This document shows positions 30,505-41,114 of a DNA stretch of 64,000 nt, one piece after another (the stretch's first letter is position 1; each line of letters starts with the position of its first letter). Origin of the DNA: Dictyostelium discoideum (Eukaryota). The notes under the pieces were generated by a model. That model ran no database searches. It was not told the DNA's origin and worked only from the letters and a program-made list of their open reading frames with translations. The position numbers were made by a program, and so were the translations under genes. The stretch spans positions 128,001 through 192,000 of the forward strand of contig CM000150.2 of the NCBI GenBank assembly GCA_000004695.1. Direction: 5' to 3'.

Positions 30505-33024
30505 ATGAATTTAAATAACATATCATGCATTAATTGCAGAGAAAAATTAAAGAATTTTAAAAATATTATTATTCATTATATTATGCATAAAAATATATGT
30601 CCATTTTGTCTTGCATATTACCGTTCTTATAAACAATTTTATGATGTAAATGGACATTTCAACACCAAAAAATGTAAAAATGAACAAAATAAAATTATTA
30701 CAAATAATCAAAAAAGAGATAGCTTTTATAAAAAATTAATGGATATTACTGGTGAAAAAATAAAATATCCAACAAATGATCCAGATGACCCATGTAAACA
30801 TTTATGTAACCAAAACCAAGATGAAATTTTTTATCAAGAAAATAATGAAAATAATGAAAATAATCAAACAATTGATAATGAAGAAAATCATGATATAATT
30901 GGGTTGGTACATAGTGAAGATGAAAACAATGAAATTAGAATAGATGAAAATGAAGCAAACATTAATAATGAAAATAATGAAAATAATGAAAATGAAAATG
31001 CTCAAAACGAACCAATAAATAATAATCTAAATAATAATTTAGATAATGAAAAATCAAAAAAAAAATTAAATGAAACTGAAATTGAATTTTTAATGTTGGG
31101 AATTGAAAACTCAATAAGTTTAAAGCTACTTGAAAAATTTAAAAGTTTTATTGACAAAAATAAAACCAATTTAAATCAAATAAGATACACACCTCAATAT
31201 ATGGATAAATTATTTATGGAAGATTTTCAAATAAAAGGAGAAACATTTATAAATAAAAATTATGATCACTCAATTTTTTATTTTGAAATTAAAAAAGTAT
31301 TAGAAACTTTATTAAATAAAAAGCAATTTTTTGAAAGAATAGATTTTGATACAGATTTTGAAACTGGAATTTATACAAATTATAAAAGTGGTCAACAATT
31401 TAAAGATTTAAAAAATAAAAATAAAAATAAAATTGTTTTACTTAGAATATTCACTGATAGTATGCAGTGTCAAAACAAGAAAGATTATACTATAATGCTG
31501 GATATAGAAAATTATATTGGAAATGAATTTAAAAATAATAAATTATTATTATTTGTAGTACCAAATGATTGGTTACTTAATTTTCATCAAACAATTAGGG
31601 CATTGTTTTCATCTTTTATTGGTAATGGCTTTAATTTAATTATTGAAAATGAACAAATAGATGTTGTACCGTTTGGACTGACAATGGATATTCCAGAATT
31701 TAGAGCATCGTGTAAACTTAATGGACATAATTCAAATGAATATGCATGTCACACATGTGACAAACCAAGAGATGGTTTATTTATTTGCAAATCAGGTACA
31801 TTAAGAAAACAAGAAGATATTACAAATTTTCACTCCAACAAACCAAATTATGCTGAATTAAATGCTGATATAGAATTAAAAAAAGTATGGGAAAAAAAAG
31901 CAAAAGATATTGGTATCAAAGGTGTGGACAGAGGGTGGGTCGAACCCTTGTCCATTAATTATTTAAAAACACAACCAGACATATTACATAATATTTTATT
32001 AGGTGTCGCACAAAGATGTTTAAATTACATTTTTGATAAATATAAAAATAAAATTGCAAATTTTTTAAATAATTTAAAAAATGCAAAAATAATAGATAAC
32101 AAACCAAAACCTTCAATTTCACTATTTGCAAATAAAACAAGGAAAGGAAGAGAGAATAGATCAATATTATATTACCTTTTAATATCAATTAAAAATCAAA
32201 TATCAAATGATGATTTTTTAATTATGGAACAATTAGTAACTATATGTTTTAAATTATATAGTGACTCTTTTGATGAAAATGATTTAAATTCACTTCAAGT
32301 ATTAATTGAATCGTTTAATGCAAAAGTAAATTTAATTATTGAAACAGAAATAATGAATTTCCACTTGTTGTTACATTATCCAATTTATATAAAAAATTGG
32401 GGTGCACCAAAATACACTTCAGCTGAAACTTTTGAAGCACAATTATCAAGAATTAAAAATTATTTAAAAAATAATACAAATAATAGGGATGAACAATATG
32501 AAAGGGTTACCAAATTAAACATGGTGAAATTTTTTAATTCAGTAGATAAATTAAAAAGTATTGAACCTGAAAGTACAGCATTAATTATTGGTAACAAAAT
32601 AAAAAATCCAGATAATTTAGATAACATAAAAATTAAATTAGATTCATTATTTCAAAATTATAAAAATATAACTTTTCACTCATCAATTAAAAATAATAAA
32701 GAAATATACAATGTTGGTGATGCAGTTGAAGTTGCATCAGATAATGAACTTTCAGGTAGATGGTCAGGTATTATCAATTCAATATCAATGATTGAAATGG
32801 ATGATAACATAATAAAACATGCAATATTATTAAATTATTTTGACAAATATGTTGGTGACCAATTTAATAAATACCATTTTCTTTCAAATGAATTAAATTA
32901 TATTACATATGATAATATTCTAAATAATGTTATACCAATTCAAATTGATGATACCAATTACCTTATTATTTACAAGTGCCACGATAAATTCTCGGCTTCA
33001 AAAAATAAAAAATCAAAAAATTAA
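30505..33024 (+). CDS. Putative DNA transposase (839 aa): N-terminal C2H2-like zinc finger (CINC...HYIMHKNICPFC), Asn/Glu-rich linker, DDE-type core with FGLTMDIPEF and ACHTCDKPRD motifs reminiscent of CACTA/En-Spm (CMC) superfamily; likely the DDT-type autonomous partner of the MITE-like units
   Basis: Long intact ORF in AT-rich background; two degenerate paralogues in window; superfamily assignment is inference from motif similarity, not searched. Confidence 0.6.
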   Translation: MNLNNISCINCREKLKNFKNIIIHYIMHKNICPFCLAYYRSYKQFYDVNGHFNTKKCKNEQNKIITNNQKRDSFYKKLMDITGEKIKYPTNDPDDPCKHLCNQNQDEIFYQENNENNENNQTIDNEENHDIIGLVHSEDENNEIRIDENEANINNENNENNENENAQNEPINNNLNNNLDNEKSKKKLNETEIEFLMLGIENSISLKLLEKFKSFIDKNKTNLNQIRYTPQYMDKLFMEDFQIKGETFINKNYDHSIFYFEIKKVLETLLNKKQFFERIDFDTDFETGIYTNYKSGQQFKDLKNKNKNKIVLLRIFTDSMQCQNKKDYTIMLDIENYIGNEFKNNKLLLFVVPNDWLLNFHQTIRALFSSFIGNGFNLIIENEQIDVVPFGLTMDIPEFRASCKLNGHNSNEYACHTCDKPRDGLFICKSGTLRKQEDITNFHSNKPNYAELNADIELKKVWEKKAKDIGIKGVDRGWVEPLSINYLKTQPDILHNILLGVAQRCLNYIFDKYKNKIANFLNNLKNAKIIDNKPKPSISLFANKTRKGRENRSILYYLLISIKNQISNDDFLIMEQLVTICFKLYSDSFDENDLNSLQVLIESFNAKVNLIIETEIMNFHLLLHYPIYIKNWGAPKYTSAETFEAQLSRIKNYLKNNTNNRDEQYERVTKLNMVKFFNSVDKLKSIEPESTALIIGNKIKNPDNLDNIKIKLDSLFQNYKNITFHSSIKNNKEIYNVGDAVEVASDNELSGRWSGIINSISMIEMDDNIIKHAILLNYFDKYVGDQFNKYHFLSNELNYITYDNILNNVIPIQIDDTNYLIIYKCHDKFSASKNKKSKN

Positions 33025-33142
33025 AAACTTTTTTACATAATTTTTACATTGTTATGTAAATAATGATTTTTTTTTTTTAATTTTTTTTCATTTTCGGGCA
33101 GACTGAAAAAGCGAAAATGATTTCAATACATATTTTTTTAAA

Positions 33143-33448
33143 ATGAATTCATCTGCAAATTTTATAGCACCAAATGGTAATGTACCTGATTTTAATCAAT
33201 CACCAATCCAAAGAAGAACAAACAATAATATTTCTATCGGAGATGAATCATTTAATAATTTGTCAATAGGTAATGTATTAGGAAATGCAAATGTTCCAAA
33301 CCCAATGGAAAACCAGAGAATAATAATTAGAAGAGTTCCAAGGCCAACTGTTCCACCAATCCAAGAAACAGTGCAAATAGCCACAAACCCACGTGTAACA
33401 TACATATTGGAATACGAAAGTCTTCAGAAAGTTTGTCAAAGTAAATAA
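33143..33448 (+). CDS. Hypothetical ORF (host gene exon or transposon accessory ORF), Asn/Pro-rich
   Basis: 101-aa ORF; possible GTAAAT donor at ~33444 and exon 33535-33777. Confidence 0.25.
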   Translation: MNSSANFIAPNGNVPDFNQSPIQRRTNNNISIGDESFNNLSIGNVLGNANVPNPMENQRIIIRRVPRPTVPPIQETVQIATNPRVTYILEYESLQKVCQSK

Positions 33449-33481
33449 TATTCAGATGGCGATGTATGTTACCAGATTAAT

Positions 33482-33516
<35 letters not shown>

Positions 33517-33797
33517 AAATAATTTATATAAATAGGTTTCAAATTTCTTTATTACTGGAATAATTAAACAAGCTGGTGGTAGTAACGAAGATTGTACCAG
33601 TCAAAATATTTTTGCAAGGTTAACGAAATGGGTAAGTAATAAGGAAAGTAACACAAGAACAAAAGTAGCTGACAGTTTAGCCATTTATTCAAAAGGTGAA
33701 AAAAACCACAATCTTAAAGTTTATATTTCCGATAGCCAAGTATTTTTTGGTAATGAAATTGTGTGTATAAATTAATATAATCAAAATTTACAAAATA

Positions 33798-33836
<39 letters not shown>

Positions 33837-33892
33837 GAAATATAGTTTTCCCCTGCTTTACTTTCTCTTTTTCTCAGCCACATTAATTATGA

Positions 33893-34112
33893 AAATTATC
33901 AAAATGATATTTTCATAAAAGAGTTTGTTGACTCTTGTAAAACAGGTGAAGAGAAACACTGGTACCCAGATTCAGTTCCTTTAATAAAGAGATTAATTTC
34001 AATATTAAATGATTTTAGTAGTAAATTTGACTCTAAGGCTAAAATGAGAAAAGATGCACAAGAAGCTTTTCAATTTCCTCATTCTGCACTTTACTTAAAT
34101 TCTTCCCAATAA
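33893..34112 (+). CDS. Terminal exon of a host gene (...HINYENYQNDIFIKEFVDSCKTGEEKHWYPDSVPLIKRLISILNDFSSKFDSKAKMRKDAQEAFQFPHSALYLNSSQ*)
   Basis: Preceded by pyrimidine tract and AG (ttctcag|), Dictyostelium codon usage; same exon recurs inverted at 63840-64000. Confidence 0.4.
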
Positions 34113-34258
34113 AAGTTTTAAATTAATTTTTAAAATTTAAAAATAAATTTTATTATTAAAAAATAATATATCTGTGTATTTTATTGTTCACATAAAATTT
34201 TATTTCATACTATAGTTTTAAAATAATTTTTAAATTTTTTTTATTTATTTTTGTAGCA

Positions 34259-34507
34259 TTATAAATAAGGTGCTTTTAAATGTAATTATTAATAAACTTT
34301 AAAATTCAATTTTTAAGGAGCTTTAAAATGTAATTATTAATATAATTTTTAATCATATTTTTAAGTAATTTTAAAGAGCATTATAAAGTTAATTTTAAAG
34401 GGCATTTTAAAGGTAATTTTAAAGGTAATTTTAAAGGTCATTTTAAAGGTAATTTTCAAGGTCATTTTAAAGTTAATTTTAAAGGTAAGTTTAAAGGTGA
34501 TTTTAAA
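34259..34507. repeat. C-family MITE part, interrupted by the Skipper insertion
   Basis: Other half at 63518-63667 ends with TIR cacagcgatgaaaattacacc(rc); TTAAA at both junctions. Confidence 0.5.
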
Positions 34508-34897
34508 TGTAAAAGTCACTCACACTAATCTTCAATCCATTGTCACATTTGTTCAATCTTAAATCAAACAGTCCAATCTTTAAAGTAATGTATTTTAATA
34601 TGAAGGATAGAAAGAGTGAAAGACTAATATCATAAAAGTAAACATACATAAAAGAGATAATTAAAAGTAAGGGCGTTATGAAACTAAACCGAAAATCAGA
34701 ATTTTTATTATTTTTTTTAAATTTTAATTTAATTTAATTTTTTTTAATTTAATTTTTTATTTTTTTGACTGAAAAAATAAAAAATTAAAAAATAAAAATA
34801 AAAATTAAATGAAATATTTTTACATGGAGATGCGCGAATTTGTTACGTTGTTGAGCTCATACTAACTTTAAATTAATTTAGTTTTGAGTCTCTAACA
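34508..34897 (-). repeat. Skipper 3' LTR (390 bp) followed by polypurine tract GAAGGAAGGGGAAGG at 34898-34912 (minus sense)
   Basis: Identical to 41115-41504; boundary defined by divergence from flank and by copy-3 LTR. Confidence 0.85.
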
Positions 34898-34940
34898 CCT
34901 TCCCCTTCCTTCTTTAGGCTAGCTATGGCTCAGAGGTGGA

Positions 34941-37900
34941 CTATAAACTCTTGGGTGTAACTTTTCTTCCTGATCTAGTTGTTTTAATTTGTAAACTAAG
35001 ATCAAGTTCATCATCCTCACTTGAAGTATTTTGATTTCTTGATTTTCTTTTCTTTGATTGGTTTCTTTGATTTGAGATGGAGTTTTGTTGTCTTGGAGTA
35101 ATTGGTTGCAATGTTTGAGAACTTTGAACTTCTTGGGAGAGTGGAGGTGACACAATTGGCTCAACGGCTTCTGTAGTTACATTCTCTCTTTCTCTTCTTG
35201 AGTTCAATTGTTTCTTCTGCACGTTATTCCAATACTCTCTGACTAACTCTTCACAGTCTGTATCGACTTCTTTGATCCATTCAGGTTCTGGGTAACCTTT
35301 GAACTTCACTAGGTACATCTTTTTGACTTTATCGTGATTGAGAATACTTTCAACTTCGTAACTTGCTTCGTCCATCTCCTCAGGTTCGGGCATCGATATC
35401 TCTTCTCTTAACCACTCACTGTCCTCGTATAGTTTTACGATTTGATCCTTGTTGAACACATTGTGTTTCTTTGGATAACCTACTAAATCGAGTGTTACAT
35501 TATTACCATGAACGGCAGTGATTATGAATGGTCCACAATTCTTGGATTCAAGTTTGTGAGAGATTAGATCTTTTGAAAGATTAGTTTGGAAGAATTTTCT
35601 TTTAACCATCACCTTTTCTCCGACTACGAAGATAACATCACCACGACCTCGGTTGTAATACTTTTGAGCATTGATTTGAGCATCTAGTATATTATCACGG
35701 ACAATCTTTTTGATGTTGCTCATTGGTATACGAGTCTTTGTTAATGAATTGAAATGATTAACGGGAGTTGGTGGATTGAATCCATATACGATTTGGAATG
35801 GTGACATCTTTGTAGACTTGCTCATTGATGAGTTCATTGCAAATTCAATAAGTGGAATGATATCTGACCAATTCTCCCCATACTCTGTTGAGGCTTTAGT
35901 TAATATTCTAATAATTTCTCTATTCATTCTTTCAGTTTGACCATCAGCTTGTGCTCTGTGTGCCACAGTCATCTTGAGTTTAGAATCCATCGTCTTTGCC
36001 CATCTCTCCCATATTTCTGAAAGGAATCTTGGATCTCTATCGGAGACGATTGTTCTTGGATAACCATGGAGTCTGAACACATGATTCAACAATAATTGAG
36101 CAGTATGTTGGGCATCTATTGTCTTATGACATGGAACTATATGAACCATTTTAGATAATCTACAAACAATGACACAAACTTGATCGACTTCAACTGTAAA
36201 TCCGTTTATTGCATACATTGTTTTTGGTAGCGATAAGAAATCGATTGATATATCTCTCCAAACTTCAAAGGGAATTTCTAAACTTTGGAGTATACCATTA
36301 TCTTTACGGTTAATGTTCAATTGACATGTTGCACAAGACTTTATGTACCTCTTGATAATAGAAAACATTTCTTTGAAATAGTAATCTTGTCTTATATTAT
36401 TGTATGTGATATCTAAAGCGTGATGACCACTATATTTGGTATCGTGATATTCTCTAATGACGGTATGAATAGTTTCTTTATCTATGATGATTAATTTCTT
36501 GAACCCATCTTCACTAAGGTAACAGATATCATTAATTTCTTCAATGCATAAATTTGGATTCTTTTTCATCTCTAATAGCCATTGAGAATTGATTTGTTCT
36601 TCCTTAATTTTATTTAAAAACGATTCATCCCATTGGAAATTATCATATTTACGAGATAAGAAATCAGCTATACCATTCTTTTTACCACTTATATGTCTTA
36701 ATTCATAATCAAATTCTTTAATATATTTCATATAATTATCTTGTCTCTTTGTGAACGGTTTATCGTTTGACTTATTGATAATATATGTAAGATTTTGGTG
36801 ATCAGTGTAGATTGAAACCTTTTTACCAATTAATAAATGTTGAAACTTCTTTAGAGAATCAATGATTGAAAGGAACTCTCTATCACCTATGCTGTACCTC
36901 TTTTGAGTATCAGTAAGTTTTCTACTATGAAACCAAATGACTTTGAATTTATTACCTTGAATTTGATATAATACACCTGATAATGCTTTATCACTAACAT
37001 CACAATACAAGTGAAAACTACCATTGTTTAGATTATTATTATCTGAATGGATTGGCATGTCTGTTGATGCTTTAACCTTTTCGATATCTATTGGTATGGA
37101 GTTATCTTGTTCAATTGGAATAGCGACAATATTTTCACCTTCAAACTCTTTCTTTAGATTATTGAATTCTTTGAGTGATTCATCAGAAAGTGTTTTCTTG
37201 TTTTTTCCTTTTGATTCTTTGGAAAGGTGATAGGTTTTTTCAGCGTAATTTTCAATGTGTCTCCTGAAGAATCCAAAAAGACCTAATGCAGCTTCAGCTT
37301 CTTTGGCGTTTCTTGGTTCAGGTAACTCAGAGATAGCTCTAACCTTTGCAGCTCTTGGAGATATACCATCTTTATGAATGTGGAAACCAAGGAAATCTAC
37401 TTCAGTCTTTAACATTTCACTCTTTTCTCTTGAAATGAATAATAGGTACTTTCTACAATATAGAAGCATTCTAATGATTTCAATGAAATGTACCATGTAG
37501 TCGAGTTTTGAATGAACCAAAAGATCATCAAAGTATTGTAATAAACTTTTGATTTTTCCAAATATTTCGACCATCAATCTGGCGAATGTGGATGGAGAGT
37601 TGACTAAACCTTGTGGCATTCTAGTATATTCAAATTTACCAATATGTGTAATGAAAGCGGTGTACTTTGCGTGTTCTGGATTAATTAACACTTGGAAATA
37701 ACCCATAATCATGTCAAACTTTGAGAAAAGCTTTGAATCTTTACATTGATTTAAAAGACTATCAACCGGAGTGAATGGATGATCGTCTCTAACAGTGACT
37801 TTATTTAGTTGACGATAGTCGTGGACTACACGCCATGAATCTCTCTTCTTTAATAACATGATTGGAGATGAGTAATTTGATTCTGATCTTTTGATAATAC

Positions 37901-39224
37901 CTAAATCTATAAATTTGAGAACCATTTCTTCGACATGTCTCTTATGATCATCTGTTGAATAATAGATTTGTTTCTTTGTTGGTTCAACATCTTGATCTTT
38001 CTTTAATATGATATTATGTATGATATTACCTCTTCTGGAATTGTTAATCTGATCTGGAATATCAGGAAGTTTATCTACTATAACATCTTCGAATGAATCA
38101 TTAATGAAATCACGTACTGCTTGTATCTCTTCTTCTTCTGGATTAGTTTTAACCAGTATATCACAAAGTTGTGATGGGATGCTTTCAACAAACTTTGTAA
38201 CTTGTTCTTTGATATCTTCATCATCATCTAGTAGATTATGTGACTGTGACTGATTATCATTGGATACGGTAACATGTTTTCTTGGAGCTTTTACATTACA
38301 ATGTAATTGATTCGACTGTTGATAATTAATTTTGTATGTACTGTTATTCAACTTGATTATTTTATCTTTTTGGTTAATGATAGAGTCCTTAAGGATATCA
38401 TTACCGAAAAGTACATCAATGATATCCAATTCTATAATAAAGAAGTTATGAATTTCATTGTTAACTTGTATATTGATTTGTTCAACAAACTCTTCTTTGA
38501 CGTCTAGTAGCGGGAAGTTAATCTTGGCTTTCGTTTTGTGAACGTGGTTCTTCATATCTTTTGAAATCAACCTCTTATTGATTAAACTAACATTACTTCC
38601 AGTATCGAGAATTAATTTGAATTGTTTTTCTTTGGAATGAGAGTTAATTATAATCTTGGGTTTATCCATGTTTTCTCTGTTTGGAACGATTAAACATTTT
38701 AGAGTCGGAATGAGAGCAGTATCACTTGTACCAGTACTATGTAATAATGAGATGATTGGTTTGTTTGTTTCTTTATCGAATTTAATTGTGTAAAGCAATT
38801 CATCTTCTTCATCATTAATTAATTCTTTACTAGAATTTAATATCTTTGGACGATTGAATATGTTAACAGTATAGTTTTTATCTTGAACATTTGTTAACTC
38901 TGTTGGAGTATTAAATTCAATCTTCTGTGGTTTATACTTCATCTCTGATTCAACAGCTTTTGGAATTGGAACGGTTGTATCAGGAACTAGTTTTATACCA
39001 TATGAGTCTTTGACGTATTCTTTAAGTTTGTTGATGTTTTTATGAACATCATGTTGCTGGCTTTGTTGATGTAACTGTTTAACAATGTTTTGATTATAAA
39101 AAGAGTTAAGAGTATAAAGTGAATCTTTGTTCACTGGGTAATCATTATCCTCAAGGTGATGATATTGTGAAATTTTATAATTTTTATTTAAAATCTTTGA
39201 CTTGGACTCATCACCTTCATCGAG
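34941..39224 (-). CDS. pol: Skipper Pol polyprotein: protease (DTGS ~38596), RT (YFDD ~37520), RNase H, integrase (HHCC 36320-36450, DDE), C-terminal chromodomain (~35240-35350); in frame with gag through a single UGA
   Basis: LILDTGSNVSLI, QYFDDLLVHS, HHALD...CATCQ, YEVESILNHDKVKKMYLVKFKGYPEPEWIKEV. Confidence 0.85.
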   Translation of the reverse strand, partial: LDEGDESKSKILNKNYKISQYHHLEDNDYPVNKDSLYTLNSFYNQNIVKQLHQQSQQHDVHKNINKLKEYVKDSYGIKLVPDTTVPIPKAVESEMKYKPQKIEFNTPTELTNVQDKNYTVNIFNRPKILNSSKELINDEEDELLYTIKFDKETNKPIISLLHSTGTSDTALIPTLKCLIVPNRENMDKPKIIINSHSKEKQFKLILDTGSNVSLINKRLISKDMKNHVHKTKAKINFPLLDVKEEFVEQINIQVNNEIHNFFIIELDIIDVLFGNDILKDSIINQKDKIIKLNNSTYKINYQQSNQLHCNVKAPRKHVTVSNDNQSQSHNLLDDDEDIKEQVTKFVESIPSQLCDILVKTNPEEEEIQAVRDFINDSFEDVIVDKLPDIPDQINNSRRGNIIHNIILKKDQDVEPTKKQIYYSTDDHKRHVEEMVLKFIDLGIIKRSESNYSSPIMLLKKRDSWRVVHDYRQLNKVTVRDDHPFTPVDSLLNQCKDSKLFSKFDMIMGYFQVLINPEHAKYTAFITHIGKFEYTRMPQGLVNSPSTFARLMVEIFGKIKSLLQYFDDLLVHSKLDYMVHFIEIIRMLLYCRKYLLFISREKSEMLKTEVDFLGFHIHKDGISPRAAKVRAISELPEPRNAKEAEAALGLFGFFRRHIENYAEKTYHLSKESKGKNKKTLSDESLKEFNNLKKEFEGENIVAIPIEQDNSIPIDIEKVKASTDMPIHSDNNNLNNGSFHLYCDVSDKALSGVLYQIQGNKFKVIWFHSRKLTDTQKRYSIGDREFLSIIDSLKKFQHLLIGKKVSIYTDHQNLTYIINKSNDKPFTKRQDNYMKYIKEFDYELRHISGKKNGIADFLSRKYDNFQWDESFLNKIKEEQINSQWLLEMKKNPNLCIEEINDICYLSEDGFKKLIIIDKETIHTVIREYHDTKYSGHHALDITYNNIRQDYYFKEMFSIIKRYIKSCATCQLNINRKDNGILQSLEIPFEVWRDISIDFLSLPKTMYAINGFTVEVDQVCVIVCRLSKMVHIVPCHKTIDAQHTAQLLLNHVFRLHGYPRTIVSDRDPRFLSEIWERWAKTMDSKLKMTVAHRAQADGQTERMNREIIRILTKASTEYGENWSDIIPLIEFAMNSSMSKSTKMSPFQIVYGFNPPTPVNHFNSLTKTRIPMSNIKKIVRDNILDAQINAQKYYNRGRGDVIFVVGEKVMVKRKFFQTNLSKDLISHKLESKNCGPFIITAVHGNNVTLDLVGYPKKHNVFNKDQIVKLYEDSEWLREEISMPEPEEMDEASYEVESILNHDKVKKMYLVKFKGYPEPEWIKEVDTDCEELVREYWNNVQKKQLNSRRERENVTTEAVEPIVSPPLSQEVQSSQTLQPITPRQQNSISNQRNQSKKRKSRNQNTSSEDDELDLSLQIKTTRSGRKVTPKSL

Positions 39225-40388
39225 TCATTGTTGCTTTTTGGCTGATGGACCTGGATTGGCTTTGGCATCGACCGGATCAATTCTACATGTAGATGTGGAG
39301 TGATTTGATTTACCACAATTGAGACAGTAGCCTTTGTTTTGACGGTAAACGATGAAACTGCTTCTTATCTTTTTGAGGTCTACCTTAGAGTCTTTTCTTA
39401 TTTCGGGTAATATTGCAGCTCTAATCTTATCAGCTTGAGCATCAAAGGAATTCCTGTTATGAGAGTTATGATTTGGAGTAGCATGATTCTTTTTTAATAG
39501 AAACTTCTCATCAGTATTCGATGCAGAATCGGAAGGTCTTCTTCTCGAGAACTTATCAGCATTGTTAAGAACCAACTCGGTGATGGCTTCACGACACTCG
39601 GTGATATCGGTTTGAGTGTTGAGTTTGATTGCAACATCAGTTTGTAACCAGTCTGGTACGACCATCTTTAACAAAGCAAGGATATTATTATCTAAAATTG
39701 ATCTTAGATACTCTAATTGAACTTCAGCAGTACCATGGATGAGATACACCGGATTAATTACATTGTGGTAACTCATAATGGCTTCGATGTTTTTTATAAC
39801 ATCTTGGGCTGAGTAGCAGTTACGATGGTTAATAGCTTCGACTACTTTAGTGTTGGCAGCTTCGTAGTCAGTTTTGAATGGAACCAAAGTCTTGGATCTA
39901 AAGTTACGGTGGATTAGCTTCTTTAATGTTTCACCTTCAATTTTATCGTTGTTCTTAACTGATTCATTGTGGGTAGGTTGAAGCAATTGAAATAATTCAT
40001 TTGATGCAGCACCATTGTCCATAATGGTCTTCAAGGTTGGTTCAACACCATTCTGGGAGCAGTGGATGGTAAAGAGATTCATGAAGATGACAGCAGTGGC
40101 AGCATTTTTTAAAGCGTCAATGGTTTTAGCTTCAATCGAATTGGTCTTTGATTTCTTTGGCACTTTCTCTCTGACTTCGACGTCGGATACATCAGTGCTT
40201 TCAGTTGAATAAATTTCATCATCAACTTCAGTGGGACGAAGAGTCTTTTTTGATTTTACTTGAACAGTAATAGCATCATCGGAGGCAGTTGTCACTTCAG
40301 CGGCACGTTTGGCGGTGGAAGACACTTTGGCTTTACGGATGGCTTTCTTTGAATGAGTAGTAGTTGATGACATGACTTTCACCAACAA
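39225..40388 (-). CDS. gag: Skipper Gag (387 aa) with CCHC zinc knuckle CLNCGKSNHSTSTC
   Basis: C-x2-C-x4-H-x4-C near C-terminus at ~39290-39335. Confidence 0.85.
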   Translation of the reverse strand: MLVKVMSSTTTHSKKAIRKAKVSSTAKRAAEVTTASDDAITVQVKSKKTLRPTEVDDEIYSTESTDVSDVEVREKVPKKSKTNSIEAKTIDALKNAATAVIFMNLFTIHCSQNGVEPTLKTIMDNGAASNELFQLLQPTHNESVKNNDKIEGETLKKLIHRNFRSKTLVPFKTDYEAANTKVVEAINHRNCYSAQDVIKNIEAIMSYHNVINPVYLIHGTAEVQLEYLRSILDNNILALLKMVVPDWLQTDVAIKLNTQTDITECREAITELVLNNADKFSRRRPSDSASNTDEKFLLKKNHATPNHNSHNRNSFDAQADKIRAAILPEIRKDSKVDLKKIRSSFIVYRQNKGYCLNCGKSNHSTSTCRIDPVDAKANPGPSAKKQQ

Positions 40389-40631
40389 TTATATATAAAA
40401 TTTATTAAATATAATTTAATTTTATAATTTAATTTTTTTATTTAATTTACATAATTTAATTATATAATTTAATTTAATTTATTTAATTTAATTTAATTTA
40501 ATTTTTAATTAAATAATTAAATATAAGTATTAATATATGTTAACTGTTATTCCACTAATATATTTTTATTGTGGTGTCTTTATATTATTTAATTGATAAT
40601 AAATATTATCTTAAATTATTTTAATTATAAC

Positions 40632-40818
40632 AATGCATCAATATAACTGTTATTCCACTAATAATTTATATTGTGGTGTCTTTATTTAACTGTTATTCCA
40701 CTAATAATTTATATTGTGGTGTCTTTATTTAACTGTTATTCCACTAATAATTTATATTGTGGTGTCTTTGTTTAACTGTTATTCCACTAATAATTTATAT
40801 TGTGGTGTCTTTGTATTT
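40632..40818. repeat. 43-bp tandem repeat x4 in Skipper 5' leader (AACTGTTATTCCACTAATAATTTATATTGTGGTGTCTTTATTT)
   Basis: Direct head-to-tail copies between LTR and gag ATG. Confidence 0.8.
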
Positions 40819-41114
40819 GAGCATTATTATTAAATTAATTGATACAATCTTGTTTTATATTACTTTATAAAAGATGCATGTTTACAATGTGAGTAGGAAG
40901 TGTCGTTGTACCGCCTAAGCAGTACAGCGTTAATCTTGCAAACAGAAGGGCCATTGTAATGCATTTTTATTTTGTTTTAAATACTACTGTTATTCCTCTA
41001 ATCTGAAGAGTCGACTTCTTCATCATGAGGTGTCATTGTATACGAAATATAAGGATTGTATCTAATTATTTGTTTTAATGTATTTGTTTTATGTTAAAAT
41101 TAGAAAAAAAAAAG

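Noticed and set aside
33025-33110. Inverted repeat TTTACATAA...TTATGTAAA just after the transposase stop as a terminator
   Set aside because: Eukaryotic context; hairpin terminators not expected; likely coincidental palindrome in AT-rich DNA
37024-40212. Plus-strand ORFs 37024..37230, 38307..38507, 40015..40212 (and copies)
   Set aside because: Antisense to Skipper pol/gag; short, no motifs
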